From the NCBI GenBank assembly GCA_963789955.1, contig CAWBMV010000001.1:256001-320000 (forward strand): 64,000 bases of DNA, read 5' to 3'. A program made the translations under genes and the position numbers. The notes under the pieces are model-generated. The model worked only from the letters and a program-made list of their open reading frames with translations. It was not told the DNA's origin and did not search any database. This document shows, one piece after another, positions 11,254 to 20,666 of this stretch (position 1 is the stretch's first letter; each line of letters begins with the position of its first letter). The DNA is from an uncultured Candidatus Rokubacteria bacterium (GTDB lineage Bacteria > Methylomirabilota > Methylomirabilia > Rokubacteriales > CSP1-6).

Positions 11254-11403
11254 ATGTTGGCGACGGTGCAGCACGCAGTGAAATACCTCATCGTGCTCTA
11301 TCTCGTGACGCACGGCCTCCCGGCCGCCTCCGAAATCGAGCTCCGCGACCTCGCCACCGCAATCGGCTGGAGCCTCCTGGCCTACTTCCGCATTCCCACC
11401 TAA
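11254..11403 (+). CDS. Putative 49-aa hydrophobic small protein
   Basis: Purine-rich SD-like GGAGGGTGAGG before the ATG. Reads MLATVQHAVKYLIVLYLVTHGLPAASEIELRDLATAIGWSLLAYFRIPT* with GC3-rich codons. Absent from the ORF track because it is short. Confidence 0.5.
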   Translation: MLATVQHAVKYLIVLYLVTHGLPAASEIELRDLATAIGWSLLAYFRIPT

Positions 11404-11523
11404 CCCGCCGCAGGCCCCGCCCTCGCAGACGGTCGATCGGGCGCCCGCGCACGCTACGGCATCGAGCTCTGAAGAAATTTTCCGGAAGCTCGCCTCGAAC
11501 GGGCGCTCTAGCGCGCGAAGGGC

Positions 11524-14500
11524 TCAACGGGAGGGCTGCTCAAATAGGCGACGCGCGCTTCGAAGCTGCTTCGCGCAGGCGAGCAGGTCCCCCACCATCC
11601 TCGTCAGTTTGTCCGGCGTGAACGGTTTCTGGAGCAGCACCGTGCCCGGATCCAGCACTCCGTGATGAACGATCGCGTCGTCGGTATAGCCCGACATGTA
11701 CAGGATCTTCATCGCCGGCCGGGCCCGGACGAGACGGTCTGCCAGATCGCGTCCACTCATTTCCGGCATGACCACATCGGTCAGGAGCAGGTGAATCGGA
11801 CCCGCGTGACGATGCGCGATGTCCAGCGCCGCGCTCGGGCTGCCGGCCGAGAGCACCGTATAGCCCGCGATCCCGAGTACCTCGGTGGCCAGGTCTCGGA
11901 GCTCGCCCTCGTCCTCGACTACGAGCACGGTGCCCGATCCGACGGCCGGCGGCGCGTCGGTCGCGGGTGCGGGCGCGGCGTCCGCCAGTGGCGCGACGCG
12001 AGCGAAATAGATCCTCACGGCCGTCCCGGCGCCCGGCGCGCTCTCGATTCGAATGTAGCCGCCGTGCTGCTTGACGATGCCGTACACCGTCGCCAGGCCG
12101 AGCCCGGTGCCCTTGCCGACGCCCTTGGTCGTGAAGAACGGCTCGAAGAGATGCGCCTGAACGTCGGGGCTCATGCCGGTTCCGGTGTCGCGCACGCTGA
12201 GCATGGTGTGTGGCCCGGCACTCGAGCCCGGGTGCGTCTCGACGAACGCCGGGTCGAGCTCGACGTTCCCGGTCTCGATCGTCAGTCGACCGCCCTGGGG
12301 CATCGCGTCCCGGGCATTCACGGCAAGGTTCAGGATGATCTGCTCGATCTGCGCCGGATCGGCCTTCACGCGACCGAGGACCGGGTCGAGCGACGTGTCG
12401 AGCTCGATCGTCTCGCCGATCAGCGGCTTGAGCATCTGGGCCATTCCCGCGACGACGCCGTTCAGGTCGAGCACGCGCGGCTGGAGCATCTGCTTGCGGC
12501 TGAACGCGAGAAGCTGCTGCGTGAGGGCCGCTGCGCGATCGGCGGTCTTCCTCACCAGCTCCACGTCGCGCCGGTGAGGATCGTCGGCCGCCAGGCGCAA
12601 TAGCAGGAGCTCCGTGCGTCCGGTGATGACGGTCAGGAGGTTGTTGAAGTCGTGCGCGACGCCGCCGGCGAGCTGACCCACCGCCTCCATCTTCTGAACC
12701 TGGCGCAGCTGCGCCTCGCTCTGCCGGAGCGCCTGCTCCGCGTGCTTGCGCTCGCTGATATCGAGCACGGTCGACTGGCTGGCCGGCTCACCCGCCCAGA
12801 CGATCTCGGTGACCTGGATCTCGACCCAGATCTGCGAGCCGTCGCGCCGGGTCGCCTGCAATTCGTACCGGGACGGCACCGCTTCGCCCCGAAGCCGCGC
12901 TGCGCGGTCGCTCTCGAGCCGCGCGAGCTCGTGCGGCTCGATCCAGCGGCGGGTGTCGAGGCCGACGAGCTCATCGGCGGTGTCGTAGCCGAGCATCCGC
13001 GCGAACGCCGGGTTGGCGAACAGGGTGACCCAGTCGCGCTGGATGTGCAGGCCCTGGATCGAGCTCTCGACCAGTGTGCGATAGCGGCGCTCACTCTCGC
13101 GCTCGCTCTCGAAGAGCTGGGCGTTTCGGATCGCGACGGCCGCCTCGTCGGCGAGTCGCAGCAAGATCGCCTCGTCGTGATCGCTGAACGGGCGCTTCGT
13201 GCGATTCGCCACATAGAGGAGCCCGACCACGTGATCCTCGCTCTTGATCGGCACGACCATCGCGCTGACACTGTCGTCCCTGACGACGGCGCCGAGGTAG
13301 TCCTTGCTGAAGGCCGGATCGTTCGTGTAGTCGTCGGTCCGTAGCGGGCGTCCGCTCAGCAGCGCCTGACCGCCGAATCCCTTGCCGGGCTCGATGCGGA
13401 ACGTACGGTCGGAGGTGTAGCGCGAACCGACGCGGTGGCGGACCGTCACGGCCTCTGTGTCGCCTTCGCGGAAGCCGATCATCGCCAGGTCGCTGCCGAC
13501 CAGCTCCTTGGCGCTGTCGGTGATCCGGCGCAGCACCGTATCGAGGTCGAGCGACGCGGTGATCGCCTGCGCGACGCCGGCGAACACCTCGGACTCCCGG
13601 CGCCGGCGCTCGCTCTCCTGGTACAGCCGCGAGTTCTCGAGCGCGAGCGCGGCCTGATGCGCGAACGCCTGCATGAGCTCGATCTGCCGAACCGAAAATG
13701 GCCCGACGTCGTCGCGGTAGGTGACGAGCGCGCCGAGCACCCTCTCGCCGACGAGGAGCGGGACGGACAGCACGGCCCGGTAGCCCTCGGCCTCGACGGC
13801 GGCGCGCGTCGACTCCGTGAGATCGAACGCCGGATCGTTCAACAGGTCGGCCGACCAGACCGGGCGGCGCTGGGCAATCGCGGCGGGTGTCGTGCCGTCG
13901 CGCGGATGCAGCGGACGCATGGCCGGGAACGCTCGGGTCATCCCGCGGCTCGCCGCGAAGAGCGTCGCGGTGTCGGGATGATCGGCGTGCACCAGCGCGA
14001 CCGCGGACCGCTGGGTGCCGAGCAGCGAGCAGGCGCGGTCGACGACCAGCGACAAGATCCGCTCGAGCTCCAGCGACGAGGCGATCGCGCCGCCGAGCTC
14101 GGCGAGCGCCTCGGCTTCCTGTCGGCGCGCGGCGTTGTCCGCAAAGAGCCGCGCATTGTGAATCGCGACCGCGGCATGGTCGGCGAGCCGGAGCAGGATC
14201 TGCTCGTCGCGGTCGGTCAGCACTCGGTCGTCACGGTTGGCAACCGAGAGAAATCCCTCGACGCGATCCTCGATCTTGATCGGCACGGCCATGTACGCAT
14301 GCAGGTCTTCCACGCGCGCGACCGCGAGGAACTCCGGCCCGAACCGGGTGTCCTCGAGATAATGGTCGGTGCGAAACGGCCGGCCGGTCGCGAGCACCAG
14401 ACCGCTCGCACCCTGGCCGGGCGCGATCAGGAACGACCGGTAGTCCGCGTAGCGCGCGCCCGGCCACTGACGAAAGGCGAAGATATCGGTGACGACATCG

Positions 14501-15241
14501 CGAAGGGCGATGAACGCCATGTCGGTCCGGCAGACCTCGCGCGCCCCCTCGGCGATCCGCTGCAGCACGGTCGCGAGCTCGAGCGACGTGTTGACCGTGC
14601 GGACGACGTCGGCCAGGAGCTCGGACTCGCGCTGACGCCGCCCGGCCTCCTCGTAGAGTTGCGCGTTCTCGATGGCGATCGCGGCCTGGTCGGCCAGGAG
14701 TCCGGCGAGATTCTTTTCCTCGGCGGTGAAGTCGCCGCGGGAGCCGAACGCGACGATCAACGCGCCGACCGCGCGTTCGTGGTGGATCAACGGTAGCGCG
14801 ATGCAGGCGTGGAGCTCGCTCGTCTCGGCGAGCGCGCGGTGCCGCCAGCGCGGATCTTGCTGCACGTCGGCGAGGTACTCGGGCCGGCGCGAGAGCAGGA
14901 CGGCGCCGGCGATGCTGTTGTTGTCGCGGGGCACGGCTGTGGTGCGCACGATCCGGCCCGCGCGCTCGGGTCCGGCCCAGTAGCTGCCGCCTTCGCGCAG
15001 GGTCTCGGCGCCCTGATCGACCCAGACGTAGGCCATCTTCGCCTTCAAGAGCAGGGTGGCCGCCTCGGCGATGCCGCGGAACGCCGTGGCGCTGTCGGTC
15101 GCCGACGTCATGAGCCGCGTGAGGCGGCTGAGGGTGGTCAGGCGCTCGGCGCGCTCGTCCGCCTGACGCAAGCGTGCGGTGGTGGGGGTCGGGGGCCGTC
15201 CGCGCCCGCTTCGCGGGCTTGGGACGCTGCCGCTTATTCAA
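11524..15241 (-). CDS. Hybrid sensor histidine kinase (4x GAF, PAS, HisKA, HATPase_c, REC)
   Basis: Four GAF repeats ending in AAIAIENAQLY-like motifs, a PAS domain, AGGVAHDFNNLL, NLAVNARDAM, FFTTKGVGKGTGLGL and receiver LLLTDVVMP. The intact ORF starts at 15171; a TTG at 15241 overlapping the upstream stop needs one indel in a C-run. Confidence 0.92.
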
Positions 15242-16484
15242 TGGCGAAGTGCAATCGCGCGTGGGCCTTTCGGAGCGCTTGCTCGACCGTGTCCGGCATC
15301 TCGGCGCGGGCGAAGATGAACCCGAGATACTGCCAGCCCTCGGGCAGCGGCACCACGTCCTGTCCCGGGTGCATCGTGATGACGACTTCCTCGATCCCGT
15401 CGATCGCGGCGGCCTCGTCGGTGCCGTGGACCGCCGCGAGCCGGCCCGCGCGCGGGATCGGAATCATCATGACGCCGGCGGCACGTCGCTCGCGCTCGAG
15501 CGATGCGAGGGGACGTCCGAGCGCGTGGCAGAGGATGAGCTCCTCGAGACTCAGGCCCGTCCCGAAGGTCAGGGTGCGCGAGCACAGCCCACCGATCGAG
15601 CGCGCGGCGACCTCGAGCACGACGGGACCGCGCTCGTTCAGGCGGAGCTCGGCGTGGATCGGTCCCTCGGTGAGTCCGAGCGCGGAGCAGGCGTCGCGCG
15701 ATACCGCGGCGACGCGGGTCTGCATGGCCTCGGGGAGGCGCGACGGCGTCACGTAGATCGTCTCCTCGAAGAACGGGCCGTCGAGCGGATCGGGCTTGTC
15801 GAAGATCGCCAGCACGTGGAGCGTGCCGCCGACCAGCAACCCCTCGAGCGCGACCTCGACACCAGGGATGAACTCCTCGACGAGCAGCGCACGGCGCGCC
15901 TCGTCCGGCAAGGACACGTCGGTCATTTCGAGGATCGCCGAGATTCGACGGAAAGCCGCCACGAATTCTCGCGCGTCATTCGCGCGGATGACGCCGCGGC
16001 TGGCCGAGAGCGAGAGCGGCTTCAGGACGCAGGGGTACTCGATCTCGGCGGCGCGGGCGGCGGGGTCGTCCGCCAGGGTCACGAGGCGAAAGCGCGGGAC
16101 GGGCACGCCGGCCTCGGCGAGACAGCGGCGCATCGCGTGCTTGTCGCGCGCCGTGCTGACGGCCGGGAGCGAATTGGCCTTGAGACCAAGCCGTTGGCTG
16201 ATGGTGGCGGCGACGACCGTGGTGAGATCGTCCACCGGAACGACGGCATCGATCGGTCGTCGCTGCGCGAAGCGCGCGATCGTCTCGGCGCTCGCGCGAG
16301 GATCGGCGAAGTCGAGCGTGATGAGGGAGTCGGGGGCCAGGGGCTCGAAGGTGCTCGGCCGCTCGGAGGCACACACGAGCTCGACGCCCAGCCGGGTCGC
16401 GGCCTCGACGAAGGCCTCGGTGCGGTACGTCGTCGTCGGCAGGAGCAACAGTAAACGGCTTGCCGACGACGACACCGGCGTCAA
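15234..16484 (-). CDS. ATP-grasp domain protein
   Basis: RDKHAMR, YPCVLKPLSLSASRGVIRAND, LLVEEFIPGVEVALEG, DKPDPLDGPFFEETIYVTP, HAELR and EVAARSIGG. Confidence 0.92.
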   Translation of the reverse strand: MTPVSSSASRLLLLLPTTTYRTEAFVEAATRLGVELVCASERPSTFEPLAPDSLITLDFADPRASAETIARFAQRRPIDAVVPVDDLTTVVAATISQRLGLKANSLPAVSTARDKHAMRRCLAEAGVPVPRFRLVTLADDPAARAAEIEYPCVLKPLSLSASRGVIRANDAREFVAAFRRISAILEMTDVSLPDEARRALLVEEFIPGVEVALEGLLVGGTLHVLAIFDKPDPLDGPFFEETIYVTPSRLPEAMQTRVAAVSRDACSALGLTEGPIHAELRLNERGPVVLEVAARSIGGLCSRTLTFGTGLSLEELILCHALGRPLASLERERRAAGVMMIPIPRAGRLAAVHGTDEAAAIDGIEEVVITMHPGQDVVPLPEGWQYLGFIFARAEMPDTVEQALRKAHARLHFAIE

Positions 16485-16505
16485 CCCCTCACGCCGAGGC
16501 GTGGG

Positions 16506-16787
16506 CTAGGCTTTACCGGGCGTGTAGTAGGGGTTGCTCCCGGCGGAGTGGTCGGTCGCGTCGAGGACTTCGGCGATCTCGGGGATCTCTTCCTTGATCA
16601 GCCGCTCGATGCCCTGCTTGAGCGTGACATCCGCGGCGCCGCAGCCCTGACAGCCGCCACCCATCTGCAGGTACACGCGGTTGTCCTGCACGTCCACGAG
16701 CTCGACGAAACCGCCGTGGCCGGCCACCGCGGGGTTGATCATCGAATCGATCAACTCCTGAACCTTGGTCTTCAGATCATCGCTCAT
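16506..16787 (-). CDS. NifU-like (NfuA C-terminal) Fe-S carrier
   Basis: INPAVAGHGGFVEL and GGGCQGC (CxxC), TLKQGIE; SD GAGGTG upstream. Confidence 0.93.
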   Translation of the reverse strand: MSDDLKTKVQELIDSMINPAVAGHGGFVELVDVQDNRVYLQMGGGCQGCGAADVTLKQGIERLIKEEIPEIAEVLDATDHSAGSNPYYTPGKA

Positions 16788-16797
16788 GCAGCACCTC

Positions 16798-18225
16798 TCA
16801 AATCGATACTGTACCCGAGTTCGTGCTCAGGGCCAACTGGCCCTCCGTGGGCTCCGCTCAGCAAAACCACGGTTCGGTGAGGCGCGGCGGCCGCTTCCGC
16901 TTGGCGTCGGGCGCCGAAATCGGCCGCACGGGGAGGCCGGCGGTCCGGTCCGCCAGCTCCCGGACCCGCTGGAAGGTGACCGCGGCGTCCTCGCGGCGGT
17001 CGGCCGCGCCGGCCACGACGGCCGACACCTCCGCGTGTAGGGCCTCCATGCGTGGGTCGGGGTGGATCCAGCGGTGATAGAACTGTTCTTCGACGAGCTC
17101 GCCCAGGAACGGACGCATGGCGTCGCTCTCGAGCAGGAGCGATCCCGGCGGGATCAGAAGCCGAATCGAGAACTGGACGGGATCGACGGCGTCGACGAGC
17201 CCATGAGCTTCGACGAAGTCCAGTAGCTGTCGGTAGTCCTCGAGCGTCGTCCACGGTGTGAACGCGACCCACGTCGGGCGGAGCGCGATGCCGGCGTCGG
17301 CGGTGACCTGTACCGCCGCCTCGATGTCGGCGCGGGAATGACCCTTGTCGAGGTGCGCCAGGATCTCATCGTTCAGCGACTCGGCGGCCGACACGATGAA
17401 CGCGCATCCGAGCCGCGCGAGCTCCGGCAGCCGGTCGCGATGGCGCAGCAGGTGCTCGATTTTTGCCGTGAAGTCGAAGGTGAGCGTAGGAAACGCTTCG
17501 TGAAGCGCTCGCGCGACGGCCAGCGCGTGGCCGGGACCGTTCAGGAAGTCGGGATCCCCGAACGTGATGTGGGTCGCGCCGGCTTCGACCTGCTGACGGA
17601 TATCCGCGAGCAGCACCTCGACCGGCACCACGAAGAAACGACCGCCGTACACGGGCGGGATCGGACAGTGCCGGCACAGGTGCTTGCAACCTCGACTCGC
17701 TTCGACGTAGCCGACCAGCTCGAGCCCGCCGTCCCGCTCCAGATGCGCGTACTTCTTCAACGAGGGTAAGCTCGCGCGACTCGGCGCGGGAAAGTCGAGC
17801 TTCGCGAGGACGCGCAGAGGCTGGGGGGGCGCCGCCGGTGGGCTCGCGATCTCCAGCGTGCGGACCAGATCGATCAGCGCCCCTTCGGTCTCGCCGCTCA
17901 TGACCGAGTCGGCGATGCCGGCCAGCAGATGCTTCGCGTTGAGCGTCGCATAGAGCCCGCAGAACGCGATATGGCACGCAGGGTTCAAGGCTCGCACGCG
18001 GCGGGCGACGGTGACGCCGAGACGGAGGGCCGTGTGCATCGGCACCGAGATCGCGACGAGCTTCGCGCGCTTGACGCGCTCGGCATCGAAGGGCTCGACC
18101 GATACGTCCATCACCGCCGGCGCGTAGCCCGCGCGCTCGAGAAACGCCGCCGGCCACGCGACGGCCAGCGGCTGATGGCCGAGCTCGTAGCAGGCAACCA
18201 GCAAGATCGCGCCGCGCTCCTTCAT
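16798..18225 (-). CDS. CUAEP/CCAEP-tail radical SAM protein (B12-binding-like N-terminus), probable selenoprotein with UGA at 16858-16860 read as Sec
   Basis: Radical SAM motif EASRGCKHLCRHC and ITFGDPDF. The C-terminus reads RPPRLTEPWFC-TGA-AEPTEGQLALSTNSGTVSI-TGA, and the second stop abuts the NifU SD. Confidence 0.88.
16829..16857 (-). promoter_or_regulatory. Putative bacterial SECIS element
   Basis: Immediately 3' of the UGA: GCGGAGCCCACGG-AGGGCC-AGTT-GGCCCT. This is a 6-bp stem with a 4-nt loop, G at loop position 2, and the loop starting after 19 nt. Confidence 0.7.
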
Positions 18226-18274
18226 GCTCAAGAGTGTACTCCGCGCAGTGTGCAGCCGCAGAGCCCCGGCGGTG

Positions 18275-18390
18275 CGCGCCGCAGGTCGTCGCGGGGCTGG
18301 GGTCCCCGCCGACCGAGGCGCGCCTATGAACGGACCGCGCCGCAGGTCGTCGGGGGGCTGGGGTCCCCGCCGACCGAGGCGCGCCGCAGG
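18275..18390. repeat. Tandem 50-bp direct repeat (2 copies, period 61 bp)
   Basis: cgcgccgcaggtcgtcg(c/g)ggggctggggtccccgccgaccgaggcgcgcc at 18275-18324 and 18336-18385 with 1 mismatch, plus a partial third start (gcgccgcagg). Confidence 0.9.
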
Positions 18391-18448
18391 CATGGTTTGT
18401 GGTGGTATCGTGGGTGGCGCTGCTCAATTCCCAAGGAGGACTCACGCA

Positions 18449-18655
18449 ATGGCCGTCAAGATCACGACCCGGCCGAACGGCCCGTACCTGATCGAGGGTG
18501 AGTGCGAGCTTTACGATCCGACCGGGGCGCCGATCAATACGGCGGGCCAGGCGAGGATTGCGCTGTGCCGGTGCGGGGCGTCGACCAACAAGCCGATGTG
18601 CGACGGCACGCACAACAAGGTCGGCTTCCAGGCTTCGGAGGCCGCGAAGAAGTAG
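18449..18655 (+). CDS. CDGSH iron-sulfur domain protein
   Basis: NGPYLIEG...ALCRCGASTNKPMCDGTH; SD AAGGAGG. Confidence 0.93.
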   Translation: MAVKITTRPNGPYLIEGECELYDPTGAPINTAGQARIALCRCGASTNKPMCDGTHNKVGFQASEAAKK

Positions 18656-18661
18656 CCGAAC

Positions 18662-18949
18662 CTATTCGGGCTGGGTGTCGGGCTCGACGTCGGTCAGGAG
18701 CACCCAGTCGTCTGGCGGCTCGGGAGCAGGCCGCGTCTTCGGCGCCGAGGTGATGGTGCGGCCGCGGCTCGGCGAGAACCACTCCCACACGCCGCTCGGT
18801 GCGCCGGCGTCCTGGGCCTCGCCGACTTCGGGCCCGACAGCGCCGGACTCCGCGCGCTCGGTCTTACGCTGTCGCTTGGCTTCCTGCTTGGCCTTCTGGA
18901 TGTCGGCTCGACGTCGGCGCTCGAAGCCGTAGTGCCCCCCGCGACTCAC
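18662..18949 (-). CDS. Small hypothetical protein
   Basis: 95-aa ORF with coding-like GC3, a basic helical N-terminus and a WEWFSPSRG motif. Confidence 0.55.
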   Translation of the reverse strand: MSRGGHYGFERRRRADIQKAKQEAKRQRKTERAESGAVGPEVGEAQDAGAPSGVWEWFSPSRGRTITSAPKTRPAPEPPDDWVLLTDVEPDTQPE

Positions 18950-19055
18950 CGAACGCTCACATGTGGTTTCATCGCCGAAATTCTAGCACGTGCCGCTGGG
19001 CAGGCGCCGTCGCGCCCGTACCCCGACGTGAACCCTCGCGACGCCCCGGCGGTCG

Positions 19056-20093
19056 TCATCGAGCGGCCGTCCAATTTCTCCACAGTGTGAGAAGAAGGGC
19101 GATGGCCACCGGGCCGACGAAGAGCCCGATCGGCCCGAACGCTACCAGGCCGCCGAGGACGCCGAAGAATCCGAGCAGGAACGGAATCCGAGCTCCTCCG
19201 CTCAAGAACCACGACTTGATCACGTTATCGGTCATGCTGACCACCAAGACGCCCCATGCCAGAAACAGAAGGCCGCCGCCGATCCGTCCCTGCAGGATGA
19301 GCCAGACGGTTGCGGGTACGTAGACCAGCGGCGGGCCGATCGGCGTCAGCGCCAGGAATCCGGCGACCGCCCCGAGCAGCGCCGGCGAGCCGAGTCCTAT
19401 CGCCCACGCACCGAGCGCTACGAGCAGCGCCTGGGTGAGCGCGGTCGAAAGGGTTCCGTACATCACGGCGCGCACGGTCTCACCGAGCGTGTGGATGAGC
19501 GGGTCCACGCTCCCGCCCGCCACACGCCTCGCCGTGATGTGGATCTGCGGCACCAGCTCCCCGCCGTGGCGGTAGAAGAAGAACAGAGTCAGAAGGGTCA
19601 GGATCGCGTCGAGAGCGAGGCGCCCCACGTCACCGGCCGTCGTCGCGATGAGGCCGGCGAGCAGACCTGTACGGGCGATGACCCACTCCTGCATCTGAGC
19701 CGGGTTGGCGACGACTCCCTCGATCAGTCCGGCTGCCCGCTGGCCGATCCACGGGATGCCGCGAAGCGTCGCGGTGAGCGCGTTGGGGCCGCCGGCGAGC
19801 CAGGCCCGCAGGCCTTCGTACGCGTTCTGGAGCTCCAAAACGAGCGCCGTGGTGATCAGGACGGCTGGCACCACGACCACGAGCACCATGAGACCGGTCA
19901 TCACCGCGGCGCTGAGGCCCACGCGACCGCCCATGACGCGATCGACCCGCACGTGCAGGGGCCAGCTGGCGTATGCGAGGACCGCCGCCCAGGCGATGGG
20001 GACGATGAAAGGCCGCAGAACCACGAAGGACGTGAGCACGATGAGCGCTACTCCCGCGATTTGCGCCCATCGCCGCTCCAGGATCACGCTCAT
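19056..20093 (-). CDS. AI-2E family transporter (PerM/YdiK-like)
   Basis: LRPFIVPIAWAAVLAYASWPL, TDNVIKSW and GVLGGLVAFGPIGLFVGPV. Confidence 0.92.
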   Translation of the reverse strand: MSVILERRWAQIAGVALIVLTSFVVLRPFIVPIAWAAVLAYASWPLHVRVDRVMGGRVGLSAAVMTGLMVLVVVVPAVLITTALVLELQNAYEGLRAWLAGGPNALTATLRGIPWIGQRAAGLIEGVVANPAQMQEWVIARTGLLAGLIATTAGDVGRLALDAILTLLTLFFFYRHGGELVPQIHITARRVAGGSVDPLIHTLGETVRAVMYGTLSTALTQALLVALGAWAIGLGSPALLGAVAGFLALTPIGPPLVYVPATVWLILQGRIGGGLLFLAWGVLVVSMTDNVIKSWFLSGGARIPFLLGFFGVLGGLVAFGPIGLFVGPVAIALLLTLWRNWTAAR

Positions 20094-20273
20094 TCGCAGC
20101 ACTCTAGACCGGCCCGACGCGCTGCGCCACCGTGGTGGCCTGACGCGGGTGGTCCATCGCTGAGCAAACTTCGTCGTTTCAGGGCGGTAAGAATCGCGCC
20201 ACTCGCGGCCCCCTCGTGGCCGGAAATTCGAAAAACATCAACCAATACAGTGTGTTACTGGCGTGGCCTCGAA

Positions 20274-20289
20274 TGGTATCGCCTTTGCG
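20274..20289 (+). promoter_or_regulatory. Putative sigma54 (-24/-12) promoter
   Basis: TGGTAT-CGCCT-TTGC with exact GG-N10-GC spacing. The predicted start site near 20300 lies just before SD CAGGAGG of the 20317 gene. Confidence 0.6.
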
Positions 20290-20316
20290 TTAGTACCCGT
20301 GCAGGAGGGAAAGGCG

Positions 20317-20505
20317 ATGATCAGCACGATGGTTCGCACGCTCTCACGGGTTCCGATCTCGCTCCGCGGCCTCGCCGTCTGCGTGGCTTGCGAGGAGTGC
20401 TTCGAGCTGGGCGATCCGACCTGCCCGTCTTGCGGCAGCGACGAGTACGTCCCGCTTCTTCATCAGCTCGAGGGCCGCATCCTCAACATGACGAGCAACA
20501 ACTAA
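20317..20505 (+). CDS. Small zinc-ribbon protein (62 aa)
   Basis: SD AGGAGGG; CVACEECF...CPSCGS (CxxC...CxxC). Confidence 0.7.
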   Translation: MISTMVRTLSRVPISLRGLAVCVACEECFELGDPTCPSCGSDEYVPLLHQLEGRILNMTSNN

Positions 20506-20666
20506 GTGCTGGTTCGGCGCGCCGGGTTGAGATCGCTCGATCGTCCAGCCGACGCTTCAACGGCTCGGAGAGCTGAGCGTTCTGGGGCCCCCGCCAACCA
20601 GCCGGCTGCGGTTTCTCTCGGACCGACCCCTCGATAGTCCGGCCGACCTTCACACCCGAGCAGCGA

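Noticed and set aside
18275..18390. Mini CRISPR array
   Set aside because: Only two 50-bp units with an 11-nt spacer, and no cas genes.
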